From Candidatus Omnitrophota bacterium (GTDB taxonomy: Bacteria; Omnitrophota; Gorgyraeia; Gygaellales; Profunditerraquicolaceae), in the NCBI GenBank assembly GCA_026387455.1, contig JAPLLR010000025.1, positions 1-61,870 of the forward strand: a stretch of 61,870 nt of DNA, written 5' to 3'. Positions 8,756 through 17,596 of the stretch are shown here, piece after piece (positions within the stretch are counted from its first letter, which is position 1; each line of letters starts with the position of its first letter). A program made the translations under genes and the position numbers. The notes under the pieces were generated by a model. It was not told where the DNA came from and searched no databases. It saw only the letters and a list, made by a program, of their open reading frames with translations.

Positions 8756-10842
8756 TATAAAAGTCTTTCTACTGCCTCGAACACTTCTTCCACAGTTATT
8801 GATTCCATGCATTTTACGGATTTGCATTTCGGCTTATAGCAGGGGCTGCAGGGAATATCACTTTTGAGCACCCGGGATTTCTTTGCCGCAGGTAAGTGCC
8901 TGCGGGAATCTGTCGGCCCGAAAAGTGCCACAAACGGCGTATCCATGGCCGCTGCGATATGTAAAGGCGAGGAATCCGCGCAAATATACACCGCACATTT
9001 TTTTATCAGGCAAGCCAGCTCATTCACGCTAGTCTTTGCGCAGGCATTTATGGGTTTCGAGGACTTTACCATATTCATCACGCTGTTAGCCGCGGGCAGA
9101 TCAAAATCAGTCCCCGTCAACACCACCCGGATCTCTTTAGGCCCCAGCAAATCACAAATCCTGGCGATATTCTCCAAAGGCCAACCCTTGGTTTCCCAGC
9201 GCGGGCTGGCGCTTAAATTTATCCCCACCAGCTTCTGGTTGGCGCTTAGCCACTGCGCGCTCAAGAGCTCATCCATAGATTTTTTGTCTTCTTCTGTAGG
9301 CCATAGCTCCAGATGATTATTCTCTAATTCAATCCCCAGCGGCTGCAAAATCCTGAACTGATGCGTGACCGGGTCAACCGCAGGCTGATCATCCTTAACC
9401 CCTTTGTTTAAGAGAAATCCGTATTTCTTATTTTTATATCCGTAGCGATTAATACAGAGGGTTAGAAAACTGAGCAGATGGCTTTTGCGATTATTCTGCA
9501 GGTCGATTACCATATCGAAATTTTCTTTGCGCAAGCGCTCACCCAGCCTCCATATTCCTTTTAGGCTCAAATCATTATTTTTTAAATCCGCAACTACCAG
9601 CTCATCAATAAGAGGAGAACGCAGAAGCACTTCCTTTGATTTTTCGCCCACCAAAAAAGTGATCTTGTAATTTTGCAAAAACCTCTCCCGGATAGCCCGC
9701 ATAGCTGCAGTCGAAAGTATCAGGTCTCCGAGAGACCCGAACTTTATGATCAGGATCTTGAAATTGCTCAAAGCGTCTTTATATACTTCGATGGTATTCT
9801 TCACCATCAGCTCAACGTTGTATTCTTTCTTTACTTTCTCATAGGCACACTCAGCTATGGAGCGCGCGAGCTCTAAATCCTTAAATATCTTTATCGCGGC
9901 CTCCGCCATACTCGAGGGGTCAGCCGGAGGCACCAAGAGTCCATTCTTGCCGTTTTCAATAATATCCACCACTCCACCCACTTCCGTAGCTACCACCGGC
10001 ACACCCGCTGCCTGCGCCTCCACCACCACCCTGCCAAAAGCCTCATGCGTAGTAGTGGCCAGTACCACCAGATCCAGATGAACTAATATAGCCGGAATAT
10101 CCCGCTGCGTACCCAGAAACTCCGTACAATGCGTAAGCCCAAGCCTGCGCACCAGAACCTGCAGCTGCTCCTTATAGGCCTCACGCGAAGCCGGAGCATC
10201 GCCCACGATCCAAATCTTGATCTTGGGCACAACGCGAGCGACTCTAGCCATGGCCTTAATAAAATACAAGTGGCCCTTAAGCGGAGTGATCCTACCAATT
10301 ATCCCGATATTGAATTCATCTTTTCTCTTTGTATCCGGGCGGATGTATTTAAATTTCTCAAGGTCCACGCTGCGCGGTATCAGCCGGATGCGCTCGTAAG
10401 GAACCTTAAAGTCATCGATCATATGCCTGGCAATCACGTTGCTGAGCACGATCACCCGCTTTGCCCAGCCCATCACAAAGCTAAACAGATGCAAGGTGTA
10501 ATAGCCATGACAAGTAGAGATATAGATCGCGTTCGTCCTTCGGCAGGCAAAATAAGCTACCCACGCCGGAACACGCGAACGCGCATGCACGATCTCGATA
10601 TTCTCTTTTTTGATGATCTCGACTAAACGCGGCACCATCGCATAAATAGCAAAAATTGATTTCTTATGCACCGGGAGATTATAATGAATCACTCCGGAGG
10701 ATTCCAGGTCTTTGACCAATTCACCTCCGGCAGAGACCACTACAGCCTTATGACCGTACTTGACCAAATACCGGGCCAGATCCACTGTTCCCCGCTCCAC
10801 ACCTCCGACATTCAGCTCCGGTAGAATTTGTAAGATATTCAT
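8755..10842 (-). CDS. GT4-GT9 fusion glycosyltransferase (695 aa)
   Basis: The N-terminal half is GT4 (MNILQILPELNVGGVERG, EAFGRVVVEAQAAGVPVV). The C-terminal half is GT9 (KILIIKFGSLGDLILSTAAM, ADSSPLHIA, FGPT, Cys-rich tail). Confidence 0.75.
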   Translation of the reverse strand: MNILQILPELNVGGVERGTVDLARYLVKYGHKAVVVSAGGELVKDLESSGVIHYNLPVHKKSIFAIYAMVPRLVEIIKKENIEIVHARSRVPAWVAYFACRRTNAIYISTCHGYYTLHLFSFVMGWAKRVIVLSNVIARHMIDDFKVPYERIRLIPRSVDLEKFKYIRPDTKRKDEFNIGIIGRITPLKGHLYFIKAMARVARVVPKIKIWIVGDAPASREAYKEQLQVLVRRLGLTHCTEFLGTQRDIPAILVHLDLVVLATTTHEAFGRVVVEAQAAGVPVVATEVGGVVDIIENGKNGLLVPPADPSSMAEAAIKIFKDLELARSIAECAYEKVKKEYNVELMVKNTIEVYKDALSNFKILIIKFGSLGDLILSTAAMRAIRERFLQNYKITFLVGEKSKEVLLRSPLIDELVVADLKNNDLSLKGIWRLGERLRKENFDMVIDLQNNRKSHLLSFLTLCINRYGYKNKKYGFLLNKGVKDDQPAVDPVTHQFRILQPLGIELENNHLELWPTEEDKKSMDELLSAQWLSANQKLVGINLSASPRWETKGWPLENIARICDLLGPKEIRVVLTGTDFDLPAANSVMNMVKSSKPINACAKTSVNELACLIKKCAVYICADSSPLHIAAAMDTPFVALFGPTDSRRHLPAAKKSRVLKSDIPCSPCYKPKCKSVKCMESITVEEVFEAVERLL

Positions 10843-12788
10843 AGCAATTTCTTTAATCTTTGGCTGATCAACAGCCGATCTTTAGGCATATGCGCCTCAG
10901 GCTTATCAGTCATTAATTGCACTAACCTCTTTGACAATTGCCCGGCCGGAACCAGATATATATATTTTTGTTTTGCAAATTCATCAATGAATCTTTTGTG
11001 TTTATTGCTTAAGCCCTCTGATTGAAAAACTACCGTAATTTTTGCGCTTGCCACCGCCTCGCAAATCATGGAGATACTTTCCGCCGAACTTACCACAATC
11101 CTGCTTAATCCCAATATCCCGCCCACTGCCTCAGGGATATTCAACTCATTTGCGATGACCACCAGTTTTGCCCGAGGGTAATCACGTAGCTCATCTTTCA
11201 CCACTGCCTCTGCTTCTTTTGAGGTGCGCCGGGAGGTAGTGACTAAAATATCCGCATCAAGCGACTCCGCCGCAAGCTTAACCTGCCTTATCACTTCCCG
11301 GACCTCCTCTTTCTTTAAAATAAATTTCCGCGCATCACCTCCGAGAAGTAGCCCTATATAATAAGCTGAAGGCTGAAGACTCAACTCTGAGGCCTGGGCG
11401 AGATGACGCGACTGATCCCTCAAATATTCCCCGTCAATAAGATTAAGCGCTCCTTCGGTGGCCAGGACGTTGGCGACTTTCGGCGGATGATCGTGCCTAG
11501 GAATGATAGCCAAAGAAAAACGCTTTACGCTCATCAAGCCCGGCCGCATTAAAACCACAGACCTAGCAGTATTCGCCCGGGAGAGCAAATAATTAACAGG
11601 CGCAAGGCTGGAACCGGCGGAGATGATTATATCCGGATTTTCTTTCATAAAGCTCTCTAGGCTTGCCTCATTAAGAGTCTTCTTAAGGCATAACAAACAA
11701 CCCTGACAGATATATTTCCCGGACAACAAGCTGCTAAACGCAAGTACGGCCTGGGATAATTTATTCTTAAATTTCACTTCTACGGTGCGAACATTGGCTT
11801 TTATACCGGAAGCCTGCAACTCTCGAGCAGCCAGAGCCGCTACTGCCTGAGACTGCCGAAGATGCCCGGTTTTGCCATCATTTAAAATAAGGATATTACG
11901 CTCCTTTGAATATTTCCAGATCTTATAAGTCCACATATATTCGCGCGGATACTCGGCGATCAAACGTTCGTATACCGGCATCAGCCGTAATAGATTCTCC
12001 CGCACGTCAAAATCCATATTCCCGCTCTTGGCCACCTCAAAAGGCGGCTTAATAATCACTTTCGCGTAAGGGCCGTTGATGCGCACATGATATGCCGGCA
12101 AAATCACTGAGTCATATTTTAGTGCCAGCCTCAGCGCTCCGGTAGCCATGGAAGCCTCTTTGCCAAAGAACTTTACCAGTACACCGTCTCTTCCTCCCTG
12201 GTCCACGGTAACACCTATTGATTCATTGCGCTTTAAAACTTCAATTAGCTCACGAGTCTGATTCTGCCGGTGCAGGATCTTGCAACCCTTGAGACTGCGG
12301 TAATGGTTAAGCAGCTCGTTTAACCGCGGATGCCTTTGTTCCCGGACCACGAAATTAAAAGGAAATCCCAAATTAGAGCAGATCACATTTGACAGCTCCC
12401 AGCTTCCGGCATGCACGGCAAGAAATATCACACCCTTGCCTTTTTTAAAAGCCGCTTCGATATTCTCTCTGCCCTCCACTGTGATATATTTAAAAAGGTA
12501 TTTTTCATCTATCGACGGAATGAGAAAGATCTCGATAAAATTCTGTCCGAAAGCCCGATATGACCCCTTAGTCAGCCGGCAAATTTGGGCATGACTAAGC
12601 TTATTTCCCAACGCGCGCTTGATATTGGCGTGAGCAATGGCCTTATGCTTCAGGTCAAAATAATACAATAAATCGCCCAGCCGCCTTCCTAGAAAAAGGC
12701 TTACCCCCAAAGGCAACATGCGTACAAATGGCCCGAGCGCTTTAAAAAGAATATAGCTTATGTAATCGATTGCGGAATCCTTGCTCAT
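10839..12788 (-). CDS. Lipid A late acyltransferase (LpxL/HtrB family) fused to an ELM1/DUF1022-like domain
   Basis: The first ~300 aa have the LpxL-family layout with an HAGSWE (H-x4-E) acyltransferase motif. The C-terminal ~350 aa start ILILNDGKTGHLRQSQAVA, which resembles the ELM1/DUF1022 family. This second assignment is from memory of the family. Confidence 0.6.
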   Translation of the reverse strand: MSKDSAIDYISYILFKALGPFVRMLPLGVSLFLGRRLGDLLYYFDLKHKAIAHANIKRALGNKLSHAQICRLTKGSYRAFGQNFIEIFLIPSIDEKYLFKYITVEGRENIEAAFKKGKGVIFLAVHAGSWELSNVICSNLGFPFNFVVREQRHPRLNELLNHYRSLKGCKILHRQNQTRELIEVLKRNESIGVTVDQGGRDGVLVKFFGKEASMATGALRLALKYDSVILPAYHVRINGPYAKVIIKPPFEVAKSGNMDFDVRENLLRLMPVYERLIAEYPREYMWTYKIWKYSKERNILILNDGKTGHLRQSQAVAALAARELQASGIKANVRTVEVKFKNKLSQAVLAFSSLLSGKYICQGCLLCLKKTLNEASLESFMKENPDIIISAGSSLAPVNYLLSRANTARSVVLMRPGLMSVKRFSLAIIPRHDHPPKVANVLATEGALNLIDGEYLRDQSRHLAQASELSLQPSAYYIGLLLGGDARKFILKKEEVREVIRQVKLAAESLDADILVTTSRRTSKEAEAVVKDELRDYPRAKLVVIANELNIPEAVGGILGLSRIVVSSAESISMICEAVASAKITVVFQSEGLSNKHKRFIDEFAKQKYIYLVPAGQLSKRLVQLMTDKPEAHMPKDRLLISQRLKKLL

Positions 12789-13827
12789 CTTTTAATCTTA
12801 GTCGGATCCTTAATATAAAGAGACTTATGCCTTGCGGGATAGATTCATCCGGGGAAATCCTTGCTGCGTCTTTTTCGGTGGTGATCACCGTTTCCACTGC
12901 CTTCACCCGACAAAGCTCAAAGATTTTCGAGAAATCCTGAGAGCCATAATTATAGTGATCAGGAAATCGTAACGCTGCGGCGACATTGATCCCCTGATTT
13001 CTTGCCAGTTCTTCAAATGAAGCCGGGTCACCTATGCCGCTAAAAAGAACGGCTGGTTTTCCTCTGAAGACTTCGGTGCCAAATAATTCTTTAGGAGAGC
13101 CAAAAGCATAAAACCCCTCTGCCTGATGCTCTGATTCAAAAACTGCGACTTTCGGGCATAATTTCTCCAACTTGGCTTTCAGGCTCAGGGTGTCCGGATT
13201 TAAGTTTACCTTAGTCAACACAAATATATCAGCCCGGCATAAAGAAGAAAGAGGCTCACGCAATAATCCACGCGGAAGCATATGTTTATTACCGAATGGA
13301 TTAGCCACGTCAAGGGCAACAATTTCCAGATCTTTCTTTATTCTCCACTGCTGAAAACCGTCATCGAGCACCACGGTATCTACGCTAAATTCTCTTATGG
13401 CTTTGTTTATGCCGCGGACCCTATCAGCATCCACCACCACCGGGATATCCCCAAGTTTCTGAGTGAGCATATATGGCTCATCCCCCATACTATTAGCGGT
13501 GCCTTGGTGACTTGGTACGCCTGCGCTTTGCGCAAGCAGGGTAACTCTTTTGTATCCTCTACTTATTACTGCCACTTTACGGCCTTGCGCCTTAAGTTCC
13601 CGGGCAATATACTCAACCAAAACAGTCTTACCTGTGCCGCCCACAGTGATATTACCAACGCTTACCACCTTGCAATCCAGGCGCTTGGCTACCCGGCCCT
13701 GAAAAAAGATCATCAGGCGGATAAACAGCCAATAGACAAGCGATAGGAGAAACAAAAACGCCCTGACTATCCCGGCCATGAACCCTTTTTCACAGCCCGT
13801 AGCTATATTATATAGATAATTCACCAT
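12742..13827 (-). CDS. lpxK: Tetraacyldisaccharide 4-prime-kinase
   Basis: VGNITVGGTGKT P-loop, SRGYK and DDGFQ blocks. An alternative start is at 13779. Confidence 0.85.
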   Translation of the reverse strand: MVNYLYNIATGCEKGFMAGIVRAFLFLLSLVYWLFIRLMIFFQGRVAKRLDCKVVSVGNITVGGTGKTVLVEYIARELKAQGRKVAVISRGYKRVTLLAQSAGVPSHQGTANSMGDEPYMLTQKLGDIPVVVDADRVRGINKAIREFSVDTVVLDDGFQQWRIKKDLEIVALDVANPFGNKHMLPRGLLREPLSSLCRADIFVLTKVNLNPDTLSLKAKLEKLCPKVAVFESEHQAEGFYAFGSPKELFGTEVFRGKPAVLFSGIGDPASFEELARNQGINVAAALRFPDHYNYGSQDFSKIFELCRVKAVETVITTEKDAARISPDESIPQGISLFILRIRLRLKDEQGFRNRLHKLYSF

Positions 13828-13942
13828 AGTATTTTAACTGTTTATTTTACCACAAGCGATAAGGCTTAAGCAATATAATTATCAGGCAGGAAAGTCTTTA
13901 TTACACAAAGGGATAGGTTATTTTTAGTTAAACCAGCGAAGG

Positions 13943-14668
13943 TCAAGAATCGTGGGAGAGAAAGGAAAGATTACGGTCAATAAACTCGATAATTTTCTGC
14001 TGAATATCATTCGGCATATGTACAAATTCAACGCCAATACCCGGATAGGCATGCAACTGCACCTGCTTATCCGGAAGCCACACCACTTTAGCTTCCAGCT
14101 CAAGCTCTTCATTCTTAGGTGGCAGTTTCATCCTGATCATCACGTCATCCCCCAGCTTAAACTTGTCACAACCGAAGATATAGGCGCCTATAGCGCTTAA
14201 GTTTACGATGTCCAGTTTAAAGCATACCGGACTTAACTCATTTTTAGCTTTAAGCTCCACTTTTATATCAATAGGCAAGCGCTTGAAACGGCGACGCAGC
14301 TGCATCTTCTTAATATTCTCGATGATCTTATCTTCCTTAAAACTTACCACTGCCAGCTCTTCAGTCGCGAATATATCAATTGCCCGATCAAGCCCGGAAA
14401 TGGAGAATACGTTCTTTAGATGCGTCGGGAGGCTGGTGAATTTCATCCTTCCTAAGGCATTGGTCAGCTCTTTGTAGGCCAGGACGATCGCCGAAACCCC
14501 GAGGTAATCAATAAAACTAACTTCCTCAAAATTAAGCAGGATATCCAGATACCCGTCACGCACGCACTGCCCCACCACCTCCACCAGCTGGGCAGAGTCC
14601 ACGTCAATGCGACCGGCCAGGTCCAAAATGATCACTCCCTCAACTTGCCTTGCTCTTATCTCAGGCAT
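13943..14668 (-). CDS. STAS (anti-sigma antagonist-like) - PilZ fusion protein
   Basis: The N-terminal STAS domain (ILDLAGRIDVDSA...VSFIDYLGVSAIV) has DYLG where SpoIIAA-type proteins have the phosphorylatable DSSG. The C-terminal PilZ domain has RRRFKR and NLSAIG c-di-GMP motifs. Confidence 0.7.
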   Translation of the reverse strand: MPEIRARQVEGVIILDLAGRIDVDSAQLVEVVGQCVRDGYLDILLNFEEVSFIDYLGVSAIVLAYKELTNALGRMKFTSLPTHLKNVFSISGLDRAIDIFATEELAVVSFKEDKIIENIKKMQLRRRFKRLPIDIKVELKAKNELSPVCFKLDIVNLSAIGAYIFGCDKFKLGDDVMIRMKLPPKNEELELEAKVVWLPDKQVQLHAYPGIGVEFVHMPNDIQQKIIEFIDRNLSFLSHDS

Positions 14669-15051
14669 CAGGATAATTTAACTTCGACAACCGGGTTGCC
14701 TTCAATAGTATTATGCACCGGGCAATTCTTAATAAACTGAAGTAAAGCGAGGCACCTACGCTCATCCAACACAATACCTTTTAAATCTATAGCTACATCA
14801 ATGCGCCCAAAACGCATCGGCGGCTCCTTAGTGAATTCCGCTTCCAGGATCACGCTGAAATCCTCAAGACCAAGCTTTGCGCCCTCCGAATACTTACGGA
14901 TATACACCCCAATACAGCTGCCGAGGCTGGACAGCAAAATATCCGGAGGAGTCATGCCGTCATGGCCCTTGGCGTCAATACTGAATTCATGGCCCCCGGA
15001 CTTAACCTGAAAAATGAGATCCTTTTTGTGTTGGATATCAACGCGATACAT
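14668..15051 (-). CDS. OsmC/Ohr family protein
   Basis: 127 aa. SLGSCIGVY and NCPVHNT contain the two conserved Cys of the OsmC family. Confidence 0.75.
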   Translation of the reverse strand: MYRVDIQHKKDLIFQVKSGGHEFSIDAKGHDGMTPPDILLSSLGSCIGVYIRKYSEGAKLGLEDFSVILEAEFTKEPPMRFGRIDVAIDLKGIVLDERRCLALLQFIKNCPVHNTIEGNPVVEVKLS

Positions 15052-15073
15052 AGATTAATATTATCACAAACCG

Positions 15074-16336
15074 CTAGATTAACAATAGACCTATCTCGCG
15101 GGCGTTCCTCAGTGTAGCGCCCTGATTCTGCCAGATAAGCTTTTGAGCGGCCTCGCCTAACTCCTTAGATCTTTGACGGTCTTTAAACAAAAACTCGATA
15201 TTCGCCTGTAATTCCTGTGCATCATTGACCATCACCGCAGCCTGGTGCTTCAAGAAAAGATCGGTAATATCCCGAAAATTGAACATGTAGGGCCCAAAGA
15301 TTATCGGCTTAGCAAGCGCCGCAGGCTCCAGGATATTGTGCCCGCCTTTTTTGATCAGGCTGCCGCCCACGAAAACCACGTCTGAGATATGATAGAAATT
15401 AATCAGCTGGCCGATAGTGTCCAAGATAAAAACCGGGCTATCGGGCTTAAGCGCATCAATTCCGATCCGGGATACCCGCATGGATTCCCGCCCCGCCTTC
15501 TTAATTATGCCGAATATTTCATGAGCCCGCTCCGGGTGACGGGGCGCGATCATTAGCCGCACTTCAGGCATAGCATTAGATATCCCAACGAAGCAATCTA
15601 AAATAATTTTCTCTTCTCCCGGGTGGGTGCTGGCAGCGATAAGTAATTTCTCCTCAGGCTTAAGCCCAAGCAATAAACGGCTAGCCCCAGCAGGCTCGGA
15701 ACTAACCTTGGGAACAATATCGAATTTCATATTACCGGTAACTTTTATCTTGTTGGCTAACACACCAATCGCCTTAAACCGCAAAGCATCCACATCCGTC
15801 TGCACGCAAAACATCCGGATCTTTTCTAAAGTGGATTTAAACAAAAAACTCGCTCTCAGATACCCCTTAAAAGATTTATCCGAGATCCGACCGTTAACGG
15901 TGATCATAGGAATATTTTTCTTGTAAAGACAACGGATGAGGTTCGGCCAAAGCTCAGTCTCGGCAATTATAAATAGCGAAGGATTGATCCGGTCGATCAC
16001 CGACCCTACGATCCAACTTAAATCAAAAGGTAGATATGTTACCAGATCCGCATCTTTGGCTAAGTTTTTTGCTATTTTATTTCCGGTGGGAGTGATAGTG
16101 GTAATGACAAAACTTTTCCTTGGATATAGCGAGCGTAATTCCGTAATCAACCCGGCGACAGACGCGGCCTCCCCAACACTTACCGCATGCACCCAGATAG
16201 GTCGGTCCAGTAACAGGTTCTTAGGCAATTTCCCAAAGCGGGCGGAAAATCCCTTATGAAACTTGCCTTTAAATAGGTAAACAGGTAAATTTATCAAGGC
16301 AAAAAGTAAAAATACTAGATTATAAATGATAAACAT
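15074..16336 (-). CDS. waaA: 3-deoxy-D-manno-octulosonic acid (Kdo) transferase
   Basis: N-terminal membrane helix and an IWVHAVSVGEA motif. The GT30 layout is present with a GGSL..KGGHN.LEPA block. Confidence 0.85.
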   Translation of the reverse strand: MFIIYNLVFLLFALINLPVYLFKGKFHKGFSARFGKLPKNLLLDRPIWVHAVSVGEAASVAGLITELRSLYPRKSFVITTITPTGNKIAKNLAKDADLVTYLPFDLSWIVGSVIDRINPSLFIIAETELWPNLIRCLYKKNIPMITVNGRISDKSFKGYLRASFLFKSTLEKIRMFCVQTDVDALRFKAIGVLANKIKVTGNMKFDIVPKVSSEPAGASRLLLGLKPEEKLLIAASTHPGEEKIILDCFVGISNAMPEVRLMIAPRHPERAHEIFGIIKKAGRESMRVSRIGIDALKPDSPVFILDTIGQLINFYHISDVVFVGGSLIKKGGHNILEPAALAKPIIFGPYMFNFRDITDLFLKHQAAVMVNDAQELQANIEFLFKDRQRSKELGEAAQKLIWQNQGATLRNAREIGLLLI

Positions 16337-16338
16337 TT

Positions 16339-17214
16339 TTATGCGTGCGGATGCGCCTTGTCGTAAACGCTCTTCAGCCTTTCAGTAGTCAGATGCGTAT
16401 AAATCTGGGTGGTGGATAAATTAGCGTGTCCCAAAAGCTCCTGCACTGTCCTTAAATCCGCCCCGCGGTTCAACAAATGCGTGGCAAATGAGTGACGCAG
16501 GGTGTGCGGCGAGATCCCCTGCTTTATCCCGGCGATCTTTATATATTTATCCACTATCCCGCGCACACCGCGGGTAGTGATACGCTTGCCATGCTTATTC
16601 AAAAACACCGCCTCACTTTGTTTAATTCTCTTATCCAAATATTTCCTAATGGTGCTGATAGCTGCTTCCCCTATCGGAACCACTCTTTCCTTCTTGCCTT
16701 TTCCGAACACCTTGACGATCCCGCCGATAAAATCAATATCCTGCTGGCTTAAGCCCACCAGCTCTGAGATACGAATGCCGCAAGAGTAAAATGTCTCGAG
16801 AATCGCCCGGTCGCGCAGGCCCATCTCATCATGATCACTTTTAGCAAAAGCGGATTCAATAAGTTTCGCCGTCTCCTCTTCAGTCATAAACTGCGGCAGG
16901 TGCTTATCTAACTTGGGGCTTGAGAGGATCAAAATTGGATTGTTCTTGACCAAACCTTCACGAGTCAAAAACCTGAAAAAGCTCCTTAAGGTCGAAAGGT
17001 GGCGTCCGATGCTGCGGTTACCCAGGCTCTTCTCTTTCAGCACCGCCAGATATTTTCTTAAGGCCAGGTAATCGATTTTACCGATATCTACTTCGCCGAT
17101 ATATTTATAGAAGTCTTCAAGGTCAAGGCGGTAATTGAGAATGGTGTGAGCGGAGTAGTTCTTTTCGATCTCCAGATATCGTATGAATTTCTCAATATAC
17201 TTTTCCAACTTCAC
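16339..17214 (-). CDS. Tyrosine recombinase XerC/XerD family
   Basis: GTG start. ARHSFATHLL, GHANLSTTQIYTH and an RDRAILETFYSCGIRISE block. I cannot separate XerC from XerD by eye. Confidence 0.85.
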   Translation of the reverse strand: MKLEKYIEKFIRYLEIEKNYSAHTILNYRLDLEDFYKYIGEVDIGKIDYLALRKYLAVLKEKSLGNRSIGRHLSTLRSFFRFLTREGLVKNNPILILSSPKLDKHLPQFMTEEETAKLIESAFAKSDHDEMGLRDRAILETFYSCGIRISELVGLSQQDIDFIGGIVKVFGKGKKERVVPIGEAAISTIRKYLDKRIKQSEAVFLNKHGKRITTRGVRGIVDKYIKIAGIKQGISPHTLRHSFATHLLNRGADLRTVQELLGHANLSTTQIYTHLTTERLKSVYDKAHPHA

Positions 17215-17221
17215 TCCTCAT

Positions 17222-17388
17222 GGCGGGTGGGCTTGTCTTGTTTCTCGCGGGGGCGCTCCTTTTGCCCCTGCGAGGCAAAACTTCGCTCGGCCTGCGGACC
17301 TCGCTCTCACCTAGTATTTGAATAGCGAGTGATCCATGCCCGCTCGGTCCTCGGACGCCCCGCTCAAAACCAAACCAAGCCTCCCGCC
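17222..17388 (-). repeat. GC-rich long palindromic element (related to family A), about 167 nt
   Basis: GGCGGGTGGGCTTGTCTTGTTT at 17222 pairs with AAAACCAAACCAAGCCTCCCGCC ending at 17388. Internal hairpins are CTCGCGGGGC/GCCCCTGCGAG and CTCGCT/AGCGAG. Read on the minus strand, its arm GCGGGAGGCTTGGTTTG resembles the arm of the neighbouring element. Confidence 0.6.
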
Positions 17389-17418
17389 AGCTGAAGAAGC
17401 GCAGCTGGCGATTTAGAA

Positions 17419-17544
17419 CAAATGGTAGGTTTAGCGGGTGGCTTGGCTTGATCCGAGCACGGCAAAAGCCACGCGCAGGACAAGCCAAGACACCCTGCCT
17501 TCGGCAGGTGCCCGCTAAACAATAATATATGTAGCTCTTTAGCG
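17419..17544 (+). repeat. Family A palindromic intergenic repeat, copy 1
   Basis: The core hairpin at 17429..17520 is GTTTAGCGGGTGGCTTGGCTTG ... CAAGCCAAG ... CCCGCTAAAC. A near-identical inverted copy lies at 55324..55436. Confidence 0.7.
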
Positions 17545-17596
17545 AAAAGCGAGCCTCGGCACCCACTACTCACAATATCAAAAAACATCCAGCCCA

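Noticed and set aside
10129-10626. Long plus-strand shadow ORFs opposite real minus-strand genes. Examples are 10129..10626, 26766..27266, 39609..40037, 41488..41955, 19619..20056 and 61012..61473.
   Set aside because: Each lies fully inside a well-supported minus-strand gene with clear family motifs. Their translations are low-complexity (Ser/Leu/Pro-rich) with no recognisable motif. This is typical antisense-frame noise.
16339-17214. The tyrosine recombinase as a marker of an integrated element, with the adjacent repeats as att sites.
   Set aside because: The sequence has typical XerC/D motifs and sits in the widely conserved dprA-topA-xer arrangement. The flanking genes are core LPS and replication functions, with no cargo-like genes.
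17511-17545. Possible dif-like Xer recombination site next to the xer gene (GCTAAACAATAATATATGTAGC), with a similar string in the 55.3-kb copy.
   Set aside because: It only loosely resembles the dif consensus I remember (conserved TTATGTTAAAT arm). It lacks the 11-6-11 dyad layout, and it occurs twice as part of a larger repeat. A chromosome should have one dif. It is kept only as a remote possibility under the island finding.
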